Shown one piece after another: positions 12,158 to 24,996 of a stretch of DNA of 64,000 nt (the stretch's first letter is position 1; each line of letters begins with the position of its first letter). Source of the stretch: Octopus sinensis (lineage: Eukaryota); NCBI RefSeq assembly GCF_006345805.1, contig NW_021832829.1:587712-651711 (forward strand). The letters are read 5' to 3'. Under the pieces are notes generated by a model that ran no database searches, had not been told where the DNA came from, and saw only the letters and a list, made by a program, of their open reading frames with translations. The position numbers were made by a program, and so were the translations under genes.

Positions 12158-14930
12158 GACATGCAGGAAGCCGTCGGTCATTAAGTAACGCATAGCGTGG
12201 GCCGATCGCTCCCAGAGATCCACTAGCTCTGCGTGTGTAGCGATATTAGCCGGTGGTCCAGGACAGAAAAACAAATAGTGGACGGAAATCGGATTAGAGC
12301 TACACACGTGGCAGGGTTTTCTTTCTAGTTTTTTCCTTATTTAATTGTGTCCAAGGCAGTGGTGATGTCCACAGTGAAATCTTGCGAGAATCACACGTTC
12401 TTTTCTTGGCGATAGTAATTGCGATTCATCAATTTTGGAGTATTTTGTTCCGTGATAGTCTGCGGATGGCCCTCGTGTCTTAAAGAGAGAGTGGTCGGGG
12501 AAAGCCGAGTGAACTCCGACTAGGAACCATTGAGAGATAAACCGATTTGGACAAAACCCGAAATAATATCAACAAAATCGTTCCTTATGGATTCAAGCCC
12601 ACCATTTAAGGTGATATCACCAAGATACCAGAAATTAGAGCGGAATTGACAGTCTTTGGGCAATATGGTCCACTGCGAGGGCAAATAGGAAAGGACCCTA
12701 ATGGATCCCCTTCCTGAACCCCAGACGATGAGATTAGCAAATTTTTCCCAAATAAAAAATTCAAGGGACACGTGTATGATAGTACGCCAGGCAGCGGGCG
12801 TAAACGACTTTCAGGATGTGGTCCCTGCGAACACTATTAAGGCGTTGCGCACATCCAACTTGACAAGAAACGGGATTTTCGAGTTGGCTTTAGTGACCAG
12901 TCCCCTCACTCCGTGGGCAGATGCCTCACAGGCAGTGTTCCCTCTAAGCTAGGAGAAGAGTTTTTAAAATTTTTGACGTTCCAAGATTTTGAATGTCAGG
13001 TGAAAACGTAAACGATCTGACAAATCTCTCATCTTTCTTTTTGAAAAAGAGAAGGCTTGGGAAAACTGTACTTTTCCTACAAAAACAGGACTTTCATTGC
13101 AACGCCGTACTGTAAACAAAGCGATGATTTTTACAAAAAATCGACTACAAAGTCTTTGAGTGACTTGGTTGAAAAGAATGCTATCTTCGGAATATAAGCT
13201 GATGCACGTGGGAGCAGTTTGCACCTTGCTGCGCAGCGAAATTTTTTTCTGCGCAGTAAAAAGTATAATATTAAAAATTGCTATTTTTTTTAATTTTTTA
13301 TATGAATTTATATATTCTTATTTTCATTTCAAAACGAAAACGTGTCTATAATATTGATATGAGACTTAAGAAAAATTTTGGCTGAATTAGCAGATTTGTG
13401 CACAGTTTTCCAAAGAAGCTGTATATCGACCATAGAAGCTGTACAGTTTGCCAGAGCAAAAATTTCGAAGCTGAAATCTCAATATTTGGATGGAAATGAA
13501 ATTTACTGGAGTGACAGTGTGAAGATGTTGTTATCAACAACTGGTTATGGAGATACAAATACAGATGAAATCCTATGCTTTATCGAGCATGTTTATCTGC
13601 ATTTACAAGAAAGATTTCCAGCTGACGAATTAAGAGAATGGGTAGCATTTGACACTCAAGCAATTCAAAATCAGACAAACTTTGAATTTGGAAAGAGGAG
13701 ATAATTAAATTAGCGAAAAAATATGAAAATTTACTCTCTTCAGAAGTCCCACTCATAAAACTGCAGTCGGAATATACAGATCTCAAGTTTATTTTAAAAG
13801 AAAAACTGCACTCTGGTGCTTTGAAAACATTTGAAGATGTAATTTACTATATACTAGCGGAGAAAAAATTTTCAGCCACTGCAACATTTGTGGATATTTG
13901 TGGCACATTTCAAGCGTCGAGTGCTGATGCTGAACGTGGATTTAGTTTGATGAACTGTATCAAGACTAAACTACGTAATAGACTTGAGATTGACCATTTG
14001 GAGATGATCATGCGAATCAAGTTCTATTTAACAAGTGGGAATACAGTGGATCTTGATCGAGTATACAAATTTTGGATACAAAATAAAAACAGAAGAGAAT
14101 ATCCAATTGACTAGACCTATTTTTTTAACCATTGGTTTTTTAATTGTAAAATTTCCCCCCCCCAAAAATTTTTTGCACACGTCACTTTATAACGCTGCAC
14201 AATGCAATGTGCCCAGCGCGCATAGCTACCACTCGCTTAGAGGGAACACTGCTCACAGGAGCCTCGGATACCAACGCCGAACTGACGTGGCAGCAACTGA
14301 GAGCTCAGATCAGAGAGAACATCGCTATGAATGATTTTCGCAACGAATCTCCTAAATGTGTTACCCACAGCGATGACGCTGATTCCCTCGGCTTTTATTT
14401 AGAGCTGTTAAGCTTGCCGAGAACAGCAAATCGCGTACAAAAAGATTAGATGTTACCAAAAATAATTTTGCAGCACAAGGATGCGATTGATTTCAGGAAA
14501 CGTCCACCAGATTCCCCTGCCAGGGGAGCGACAAGGTCCTTTAGGTGTATCGATTTTAGGCCATCCGCCACTGCTACTTAACGGAAATGAAGCTAGAGAA
14601 ACTTGCACGTCATTAGAAACAGTGCAAGCAGATTTGATCACCCGAGGGGGTTCTCAAATGTCAGCTGGAGCGGAAGGATATTTCAACAGAAGAGAATTAA
14701 AAACAGAATCTTTACGAGGGGCAACTGATGCCGTATATAAGATTAAGCGAACAGCAGTCGAGACATAACCCTGCATCAGTTTGCTCTTAACTGACCGAGC
14801 TAGATGTACCGCGATCTGACGTAACCAATGGTAAGTCGAAGGTTGCCTTTAGGAAAATGCTAATCTGCTGAGCCACAGATATCCGATTTACTGCCGCCGT
14901 TTTCCCGGGGCCGCACCAAAACAGATAAAA
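12158..14930 (+). mobile_element. Degenerate LTR-retrotransposon 5' part (putative LTR, PBS-like TGGTG, gag-like region), interrupted by a hAT element
   Basis: TG...CA-bounded GC-richer block at about 12158-12358, followed by GTGGTGATG. A gag-like ...PWADA..LTWQQLRAQIREN rejoins across the hAT TSD. A decayed CCHC-like knuckle lies near 14857-14895. No pol or second LTR was seen. Confidence 0.45.
12933..14251 (+). mobile_element. Internally deleted hAT element (Tip100/ZNF862-like), copy 1
   Basis: 16-bp TIR CAGTGTTCCCTCTAAG / CTTAGAGGGAACACTG and perfect 8-bp TSD CTCACAGG. Dimerisation motif: TFQASSADAERGFSLMNCIKTKLRNRL. Confidence 0.93.
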
Positions 14931-15467
14931 GGAAACGAGAATAATTTGCACAAGGCTTCTGACCTGATTGATTAGGTTTCAATTTTCGATGTGGGTCACC
15001 TTCATGTGGCGAAAGTCGGACGCTGTGTTTCTCACTGCGACTAAAAGACCCTCTATATGCTCCCCATTGGATCCCTTGATCTTCTGGCTGTCCTGGAAGT
15101 GGCGCTCAGCTTCTTCCATGAGTCACTTATTTTCATTTCATTGTATCAATCTATTCTATCCCTTTCTCACTTATTCATTCCCATGTCTTGCTGTCTATCA
15201 TGTAGCCATGTCAACGCCCGGAACCTGACCGTCTTTGCGTTTCTTGTAATAAGTATTTTCACCTCTCCTGCGTCAAATTTACAAAGCGTGATTCAGCATC
15301 AATATTTGCATGGAAGTGTCCTATATGTCTCCCGCACTGTGCGATAGTCAAACCTCCCGCACGCTTTATTCTCATTCAACCTGAAAAATTTTTGTCGCTC
15401 TCTCGGAATTTCGGAGTGTTCGCGTGATCCCTGCCAGGATCCCAAAACAGCAAGAATTTGCGTTGCT

Positions 15468-15558
15468 GATTACCGGCGACCCGTGTGAGCACCGGTATTT
15501 AATCGAAAGAATATCTATAGCAATAGTCAGAGGCAATACTCTGGCTATCTGCCAATGA
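15468..15558 (+). mobile_element. CRE-like non-LTR 3' fragment
   Basis: ITGDPCEHRYLIERISIAIVRGNTLAICQ*, duplicating 2807-2889. Confidence 0.7.
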
Positions 15559-15999
15559 CTATTTCTCTTTTGGTTTACATAAATAAAATGACATAAACAA
15601 AAAAAAGCTTAAATAATGTTTTTGTTATGTCGCAAGTGGAATGTATTACATTTATCGGTAGAATTTGCTTCATGGAGATCTAAGAGTAGACAACGTTCTG
15701 ATCAACAATGAATTAATATGTAAATTCCCAATTTTGGATTAGATATCAAAGCAAATTTCAACGTCCCTGAAGGAAAGATTCGATTTGCTAAAATTTTTCA
15801 AATTCAAATCATTTTTAAAATTTTGTCCATCATATTGATATGTGTACTTTCCAAACAGTAAAGGGAAACGAAACCTAACAACTCTTTAAATTTGTCCTGG
15901 ATGGCTTCAATGAGAGGAAACCGCCAAAACAAACAGTCATAGCTTCCATTGACATATTTTTAAAGGCTTTGAATTTCACTTCGAAAGTTAGAAATTAAT

Positions 16000-16990
16000 T
16001 GTCACGCGCGCCATAACTGAAACGGGCGCCAGACGTGTAACAATTTGGCCTTGCATTTTAACCTTCAAATGTCATTTAATTGTTGTCTGCCGGTAACTAT
16101 TATTTTTGCGGTACTTTTGTCGAAGTGGTCGCAGTTTTTTTAGAAGATAATTAAAATTAATTAATTTTTTTAGTGAAAAATAGATTATTTAATTTATAAC
16201 CCTCTATCAATAATTTAAATGGTTATTAAATTATTTAAAAATTTATTTAACCAATTTAGTCATTTTTAGTACGCGGCATCCAAATTCCAGGACTGTAGAA
16301 GGAATTTATGTCTTTTACAATCTGTGCAAAAGATTCCTTATAGTTCTGTATTTGTTTTCGCCACATAAATTCTGAAAAAATAACTAACTAAAAAAACCTG
16401 CGAAATAAGATCCCAGATGATGTCTTACAGCTCCTCTTTGAGCTTATTCTTGCATTTTGCACTTCCCCACATTCGTTCTACTGTCTGGGTGTGCACTCCC
16501 GTCGTTGGATCCACAAAGAATTTTCTGAATATATTTTGCAGAAAATGCACTGCATCCTCCTTACTTATTGGGAGCTGTCGGAATTTGATGTTGCATAAGT
16601 CCACAACAGAATTTTCCATGTGACCTATAGTGCCAGTTTATATCAATATTAGGTACATGCTCGCCATAATATTAAAAAATTAGAAAATAAATTAGTAAAA
16701 AATTTAATAATATTTTAAATTATTGATAGAGCGACTTAAATAAAATATAATATATTCCACCTCAAAAATTATTAGATTTTTTAAAAGGCCTAAAAAAACT
16801 GCGACCACTTCGACAAAAGTACCATTTTTGCAAATGAGAATAGCTAATGCAGTCAAAGATGATAATGAATATAATGATATTCTTCAGTATTTACAACATG
16901 AGAAATTTCTAGAGCGATTGTCAAGAACACAAAGATCAAGATTTTTACAAAAATGCAAGAATTTCATTTTAATCGGAGGTATTTTCCTAT
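16000..16990 (+). mobile_element. Ginger-like integrase transposon 5' fragment, interrupted by Merlin
   Basis: Starts TGTCAC and shares GGGCGCCAGA with the 47458 TIR. After the Merlin TSD it reads EYNDILQYLQHEKF..RSRFLQKCKNFILIGG, a typical pre-HHCC integrase N-terminus. Confidence 0.5.
16110..16823 (-). mobile_element. Non-autonomous Merlin (IS1595/ISXO2-related) DNA transposon
   Basis: About 30-bp TIRs GGTACTTTTGTCGAAGTGGTCGCAGTTTTT and perfect 8-bp TSD ATTTTTGC. Residual transposase: FVDPTTGVHTQTVERMWGSAK (16425-16619). Confidence 0.9.
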
Positions 16991-16996
16991 CTCATT

Positions 16997-19401
16997 TCAG
17001 GAACACTTTATTTTAATGAATAAATGGTGAAAATAAGCAAGTAATTTGCTTGAATGATCACGAAACAACGATATCAATAACCCACCAGAACTATCAGCAA
17101 TTGAAGACAACAAGGACGATTCTGAGTCTCCCACGTCTCTCACATCAGAAGCATTCGAAGAATCGGATGCTAAAACCATGCCACCTTTAAACTAAAATAA
17201 AACAGGATACCGTCTTGCGAAGATTCACTCTCAAATATCAATGCATTAGAAAAACGTTCTTCAAAAGACGATTCTCTGGGTAGACAAACATTTGAAGTAT
17301 AAATGACTGAAAAATCAAATAAAACGGAATTACCTTCTTGTTCGCACTCAGAATTAGGAATATAAGGACAATCAACTGCCAATTGATCAAGTTGGTCTAT
17401 CGTGAGTTTGGTTGCCTCTTCATTCACAAAAGTCTCGCTGGATCCAGAAAATGTTAATTCATGATTTGAAACACCATAGCAATCTAAAACTGTCATTTTA
17501 CGAATTTTACCAGGAAAACCAATTAAACTCTTCAGACAGTCCGCAAACTCTGATGGAATAGAGGATGTGAGCTCGTTCAACTGTTCTTTGGTTCTCGAAA
17601 CACGAGCATCCTCAATATTAAACTTGAAAAGCTCGTAGAGTTCAAGATACGAAAAGTGTCGATTAAGTAATGTATTTTCTGTATCCCCAGGGACAGTTAC
17701 TCCTCGGTTTATAGTGTCTTTGAAAATTTGCCGACGATAAATAAACTCCTCGACGGTCCCACAGCTAATTAGCCTATAAACCACCACTGGGCGGGTTTGA
17801 CCGACTCTATGAGCCCTTCCAATGGCTTGACTATCACTAGCAGGATTCCAACTCGGATCGTCTTAAAATTAAACCCAAAATTGTTGTACATATCAAAACT
17901 CTGTCAGCAAAGGTCAAAGTGAGTCCAACTCCTCCAACCATCGTCGTTAAAAGCAAAAAATTTGGGGATTTTACTGGATTTTGAAAGGCTTCCACAATTT
18001 CTCCTCTCCTTTCCATTTGGACATTTCCGTCCATTCGAAGTAATCGGTGACCCTGAATGTTTTAAAAACTCCAACTTGGCTAAGAAGAATCTTCTCAAGA
18101 ATGTCAAGAACCTTCAGAGATCGAGAGAAAACGAGTGTCCGATGTCCATTTTTTGCTAAAGTGTTGAGCAATCGGACAGCAAATGCCAGTTTTCCAGATC
18201 CCTTGATGAGGGAAAGAGGATCAGGGGACTGCTGTTTCAACCGACGGTAACTTAAAATCAACCAAAAATAAACAGCAATTCCACATCAGGATCCCCATTG
18301 GACTCTTTAAGTAATGTTTCCACCACAGAAATATGAAGAAGGTCGGGATGGTCACAAAGTTTTTTCAAATTGACAATTTCAATGAGTGGGGACCTCGTTG
18401 AAGTCATTGACTGGGATTAAATCAAAAAATACCTCTCTGACTTGTTTGGAGGACAATAATTGTTGATAGATTGATATTTGATGATCATTCAAAAATGTCC
18501 AACATACCAAATCCAGTTTTGGTGGGATTTCAGACAGACCAGTCGATTTAAGTTCAATTTGGTCTTTAGTTCTCCGCAGAATGAGAGGATCAACCATTTC
18601 CTTAAGTTTTCTAAGTCGAGTCTCTCCCAATCCTTGGACGACTGCACTCGTTCCTCGCTCATTTGCCTAAAATGAAAGAAAATAACGCACTCTGCTGATT
18701 TTTGTAGCGAAAGTTTCCTTAAAGTGCTTCATCGTCCACAATTGATGGGTTCCACTCGTCACAAAATCCACAAGTGCCCACAATTCCTAAAATAGCCTAA
18801 AATTAAGACCATAAGATTGTTCTGCAAAGGTGTCCCAGTGAGGGCTAATCGTCGATGACTCTTCAAAGAATTGAGAATTTTAGCAGATTTTGTTTGATTT
18901 CGGAGAACATGTGCCTCATCCACTACGATCAAGTCCTAAAATGGGAAAAAAACAGTACAAAAAATGTGTTTCTCAGATTGTCTGCAGAGTTGAGGACTGT
19001 GGCGTAGGTCGTCAAAAGAACCCCCCGACGATTCAAAAAACGACGGAAATATTCTAGCTTTTCTCTTCCGTAGAATTTATAATATGGAAATGTAGTTTTC
19101 CTGGAAATAATGTTAAGAAATAACAGACCATTTAGAAATTTCATTTTCCCAATTCTTGAGGAGATTGGCAGGAACAATTATTAGAATGCGAAGAGAAGTG
19201 TCTTCTTCATATAGAGACTGGATGTATACGATAGCTTGAAGAGTTTTTCCGAGTCTGGATTAGTTAATATGGAAAATACCCCATCTCATCACCCAGGATT
19301 GCGCCTTTTGATTTTTGTAAGGTCTTTTGCATCCATAAAACACCGTCTCGTTGGTAATCAAATAGTTTTTTGATTATAGAATCACAACAACGCATTTCCA
19401 T
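16997..19401 (-). CDS. ERCC6L: ERCC6-like (PICH) SNF2-family DNA translocase, 11 exons
   Basis: Spliced product: [113 protein letters not shown]. Introns: 19255-19279, 19101-19128, 18936-18958, 18787-18809, 18667-18690, 18411-18432, 18251-18273, 18053-18075, 17862-17889, 17185-17210. No internal stops. Confidence 0.92.
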
Positions 19402-20029
19402 ATTATAATATGATCCCGCGTAGTTTAATTATTATATAATGTGATATAATAAAAATATATTATTTAACTGTTTTCATAAAAATTTAAACAAATTACACGT
19501 CTTCTTTTAAATTTGATTTTGAACCTCCATGTAGCCTTTTGTCACTAGAAACAATTTTCATTTGGTGTTGAGAGTCTCACTTCTTAGCACTACATTCTTT
19601 TTCTTTGAGCGCATTTAAAAATTGCCTACAATACCATTTTACGTTAGCACCATAGGTACAATGTTCAACTTAGCATTATGAAATCTAATTCATTTTCCCG
19701 TTTCAACTTGTTTCAATAGTTATCCAAACTTCAATTGAGGTTTTCGTCTTTTTATTTTATCTAACATAAAATAATCAGTTTATTGTTCTGGCAATTGACA
19801 TCGGTGAAATATATTGTATAGAAACTGTATTCACAGAAGTATTATGAAGAATATACCATTTCTCATACTAAATGGGATTAACAAGAAACTAAGTAAAATC
19901 AATAGAAAATTAAATGAAATCAATGAAAACGACGTATGATTACCAGAAAACTAAGTGGCCTCAATAGAAAACTAAGTGGAATTAATACTAAGCTAAATAA
20001 GATTAACACCAAAAAATTATTTTTTAAAA

Positions 20030-20700
20030 TTTAATTATTATTATTATTGAACCAGAAAACCACCGTCATAGCCAAAAGAAAGAAGAATTCAGGTGATCCC
20101 AGCCTCCCCCAGCAGTTCGCGCAGCCTCTCCCGATGTTCCGCTGTTGTCCCGACGCATTTTCGGTACGGACGGGGATTTTCAGGACGAACCTCTCTGTTG
20201 TTCCAGGCTTTCGGGATAATCTTTTTTTCGGAGAAAGTATTCAGCAGGTTTGCCGCTTTCACCCGAATTTTGTCGATTTTTGATATATTGTTTCCACTCA
20301 AGTTTGTTCCCCAGATTCCGCACGCATAGCCGATCGTAGGTTCCAGATATTGATTATATATGTTGTTTAGGCCATATAGGCCTTTGCATTCTCCTGCGTT
20401 CTTCAGGAAGGCATTCAGGAAGTTAATCTTTCTTGCACCGGCCATAACTACATTTTCGACGTGGGTTGAGAAGGTTAGAAAGGTGTCGAATGTAACACCA
20501 AGAATCTTCTGGGTTTTGCTCTGCGGTATAATTTCCCCGTCTAACTTCGCTTCAATTGAGACTTTCCCAAGCCTTCTGTTTTTCGTAAACAGAGTCAAAA
20601 TAGATTTTTCCAAACTTGCCTCCAGTTCGTTTTTATATAGCCATGTCAACCATATTTAATGCTTCAGCAATATTTCTCTATATTCAAAGCATAAAGCTTA
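20030..20700 (-). mobile_element. 5'-truncated LINE (I/Jockey group) RT C-terminus with (AAT)n tail
   Basis: KILGVTFDTFLTFSTHVENV...IYNQYLEPTIGYACGIWG; the ORF ends GIT*. An AATAATAAT tail lies at about 20030-20050. Confidence 0.8.
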
Positions 20701-20824
20701 AATAATCTTTAGATATAATTGATTTTATTCTATCTACAATTATTCTTACAATTATCCGTATCGAATACTCTTTAATTGACAAAACTTCTCCTTTTTGGAA
20801 TAAAATTTGATTTTTAAAGACGGA

Positions 20825-20990
20825 AAACTTGGAGACGTTGGAGACGACGTCGGGTGCTCTTGGTATGAAGACGGAAAACTTCCTCCGCAAGCTCGGGGTA
20901 AAATATCCATGCGCACTCATGATCCTCTGGAGGTGGACTGGCCTTTCCAGCGGTTTGGCGATTCGTCAGGCCGCTGGCTAAAAAAACGCA
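20825..20990 (+). mobile_element. CRE-like non-LTR 3' fragment
   Basis: ETTSGALGMKTENFLRKLG..DWPFQR aligns with VETSGVLGPRTKKFLIKLG..TWLLQR at 57344-57575. Confidence 0.6.
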
Positions 20991-21615
20991 AATAAGTCTT
21001 ATAAATATGTGACAAAATTTTCCAAGAAAAATGATTTCATCACACAGAATAAGGTTTTCAATTTTCAGACTATCTTTAAAAACAATTAAAAAAATATATT
21101 CTATTATTTAATGTCATTAGAGCTGTATCGACTAAGAATCGGTACCGTTAAATTATGAAAAACTAAAAATACATTTCATAATAGTACATAAATATATTTT
21201 AAATGAAAAAACGTCGACATACGGCGCATATCGCTGAAAGAGTTGGATTTGGTGAAATAATTCAATTTATGGAGATCTCATAAAACTGAACCTGTCCAAT
21301 TTCTATTCCATGAGATAATTTTATGCGGTATGACACTGACACCAGTTACGTTAAGAAAAGTCGTTTTAAAATTAAATAGAGCTGCCGATTCCAAAATATT
21401 TGTGAGAAAACGAGGAGTCAAATTAGATAACAGAAATAGAATTTTTGTAAAATTCACTCCAGAATTGGCTTTCAACAAAATCAAGTTTTGATTTGTTTTT
21501 TTATGTTTTGGATGAATTTGAAACCGAACTAAGCATTGAGGACGCTGTGAAAACAATTCAGACTAGCAAAATGGCTCGTCAAACTAGAATTCGAGTAACA
21601 TTCATGCTCTAAAAT

Positions 21616-21896
21616 CAGCGGTTTTCAACCGGGGATTTGTATATCTTGATAAATCGATTTGCTTGCCTCTTATAAAGTGGCCTAAAGCCATTAATTGTTT
21701 AGTTTTGTTCTTGTTCTTTGTTATTGTATACTTTTAATTTAAACTTATTGTGTTTATGTTAAATTTTTAATTTTTTTCGATTAACAAACTTCTGGTTAAA
21801 TAAAAATAATAATAATTAAATAGAAAATGTTCTGGGAATGCGAGAGTTTGTAAAAATATTTAGGGATGCGAACTCTAAAAATGTTGGGAACCCCTG
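21616..21896. mobile_element. hAT-type MITE
   Basis: Imperfect TIRs CAGCGGTTTTCAAC / GTTGGGAACCCCTG. Flanks are CTCTAAAAT and CTCTAAAT (an 8-bp TSD with a one-A difference). Confidence 0.75.
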
Positions 21897-23089
21897 CTCT
21901 AAATATAAAGAAAAAAAGAACAGAAGCGTTTGGCAGAAAGAATATAAATAAAATATATTCATTTGATCAGGCGGACTCGATTATCAATTTATTCATTTAA
22001 CCCCATTTTCCTGAAGTTGGGAGAAATGCGGCACCAAAAAAACCGACAGACTTCTTAGTGTCACACACCATAAGTTAAGGAGGAAACTTGATTATCAAAA
22101 AAGCGCGATATTTAAAAATTAATAAAGAGATCTTTCTTGAAATAGTGATATTTATAAAATTAAAATTTCAGATTAAAAGTGAACTCCAGGACAAAGAACA
22201 ATAAAGGTTTGGAAGTAATGGAAATTCGAAAGACAGTTCAGGATACTAATAAACAGAAAAACGGCAATCAAAATTCTTTGTCAGAACCACGACGATTCCC
22301 ATCAATCTTCTACAGAAAGGAATCATTTTCCAGATGCTATAGATGAAGGACGTAGTGAGATTTTCTGTGACTCCAGAGGTTTCAATTGAGGCGGTTTTGA
22401 ACAAGTCGTCAGTAAATCTGAAACAATAGTTTCATCAATTGTCATTGAAATTATCAAAATTATATACTTATTAATTTAATAGATTGCGCTTTGGTGTCTA
22501 TATTCTTGTTATGAATATTTAAAATTTTATCGTTAGGGAAAGTTTTAACTGAAACTTGAAATTTTTTAATTTTATCAAAAAACTGTTTTTGAAAATATTT
22601 TAAAAATCTACACTCATGAAACATTGGAAATATTTTAATATTAGTGTATAATAAAAATTTATAAACTTATATTTATTTCTTGTTTGATTTGTGTATTTTT
22701 CTTTATTTCTATATTTTTGGTTTGTTTTTCAAGAATACAAAGTTGTGTAATTTTATCGATAAAATCATCGGGAGGAGAACTGAATGGGTCTTCAAAACTA
22801 TATTGTAGTAAAATACAGTCTTTATATATTATTGAAATTATAACTTTGAGTCGTTTTTTTGATCGCAATTTTAATTTTTTGATTGAGTGGAGTACTTGAA
22901 TCAAATATTTTTGAAAACTGATTCAGATTAGTTTTTATCGAATCCTTATGTGCTTATAAATGTAGGTAAAAGTAAAACTACTTTGAAGTTTTATTCAATT
23001 TTAATGTTTCAAAATTTATTGAATTGAAAAATAAAAATCCATGTTAAAGTAATTAATTAATTAGCTTAATCTTCTCTTTTTGGGCCATA

Positions 23090-23770
23090 ATCCAGTGACC
23101 GTATGGGTAAGTTCTCGTCGAAGCACACTCCACATTCTGAGGCTGCCCTTGGTTGACATTCCGTTTCAGCTTTCTCCTCACTAGGCATCGATATACCATG
23201 CCTCTCTTCAGCCTGCATGCTCTCCAATGTCTTCCTCAGAACCCTGTCTGAATACTCTCACTCTTTCTTCCAGCTTGAGGACATCAAGATGACCCTTGAA
23301 AAATCTTGAGACAATTCCATCCCAGGTCATTACAACAGGGATTACTTTCACTTTTGCGTGATGAATTGCTTCAAGTTTATTTGCCAATAAGTCATATTTG
23401 TGGAACTTCTCAACTTCGACCTGCTTAAGGTAATTTTGCGAAGTAATCCCAACTTCGATAAGAGTGATTGTATTCCTCACTTTGTCATGGACAAATATAT
23501 CAGGTTTGTTATTTGCCACAGCTGTATCCGTACTAATCGTAGTATCCACACGAATCTCCACAATTCATTGCTAACAACAGATTGAACTGAGTGTGTCTTT
23601 AGTCTCTTAGTTTTCCTTATTCCATATTGACGACAGAGATGTAAGTGAATACATCTGACTACTTCGTTATGCCGTCTAAGATATGAGCTATTCAGCATTC
23701 TCCCGCACCTAGTTGCAAGGTGATCAATTAATGTTTCAATATGATCACATTTTGAACAATTTAACAAGTT
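23090..23770 (-). mobile_element. R4/Dong-like RLE non-LTR 3' fragment
   Basis: CSKCDHIETLIDHLATRCG..RRHNEVVRCIHLHLC and NNKPDIFVHDK..LIEVGIT..EKFHKYDLLAN..PVVMTWDG. Confidence 0.88.
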
Positions 23771-24559
23771 TTAAATATTAACAAATTTGAAAACATTGAA
23801 ACCATTTTATTTTTTTCCGAATTTTTGTATAACTGACATTATAAAAAAAAACTGAAATATGATAGGCCAGGTAGGTAACGACTAATCTTACCATAACTCA
23901 TACAGTTTACATAAAAATGCATCAAATCATGATGAATACTTAGTACTAACATGAAGTGGCTTAAAATCTATTCTTTTAAATAATAAAACCAGATATCAAT
24001 ACGAATTAATTGCCGCTACAATTCATTGATTTTAAATAATTTAAATAATTTCAAAAAATATAAATGCAATAAGATGACCGGATTCTACCATTTAATTAAA
24101 TCATAATGCTTGCGCGAGAAATTCCTGAGCAAAATGTCATATCTTATGAATAATGGTTTTTAGAAATCTATATTAACTGTTAAATCGCTAATTGTCCTGT
24201 CGTGTTAATTAGAATGAAACGAAATAGCTCCATTGTTTATAAAAAAATAACTCCTTGAAGTTTAAGCATAACAATTTCCCATTAAGAGCACGAAAGACAG
24301 AAGAAGTAACGTTTCGTGATTCTGACACGCACGAGGAGACTCCTTATTTCGGCCTGATTTTCCTCTTGAGTACCCGCGCAAGCACGTAGTGGTCGTGATT
24401 TCTTCATGTCTTCATCTGATCGTCTATATAGTATCAAAAGGTTTTCCATGTTCGTATGTGTCAAAAGCTTGCATTTTTTTGAACGCTCCGTGAATGCTAG
24501 AATTCTTTTCAGGCTTGCTTCACTTTCCGTTTATTAACCAGAAAATGGAGTTGCCACAT

Positions 24560-24830
24560 ACCATGCATGCAAGAAAGAAGGCGCGGTACAGCTAGTTTTC
24601 ATATATGACAAAGAGGGTTAGTTCGGTACGAAGAAGAGTAAATACTTTATCGAACAGTTGGAAAAAGACGTTTGCATTGAAATTGGCTTACAGGTTACAA
24701 CTTGACGGACGGCTAAAAGACTCGCAAGAATCCTCTATGCCCAAATGATCCTGGAACTTCGGTGCCTTTTTTATCTCCTCGTTAGTGATTTTTCTTTGTT
24801 TTTTTGGTTTTGATTTTTTGGGCAATAAAT
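24560..24830 (+). mobile_element. LINE 3' remnant related to 62770-63000
   Basis: KTFALKLAYRLQLD resembles TRRFAIKLAYKLRLD. Confidence 0.45.
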
Positions 24831-24996
24831 AAAAAAAAATTTCGCTGTATGATAGGGTCCAATTTGGAATATGGCCAAATAGATTCAAGCGCGAGTTCGT
24901 AAGCACTTTATTTAGAGGGCCCGTAGATCAAATTACTTACAAAATATAGTATATTAATATTTATTAAGAAATATTTTAAACTTTTAATTTTTTAGC

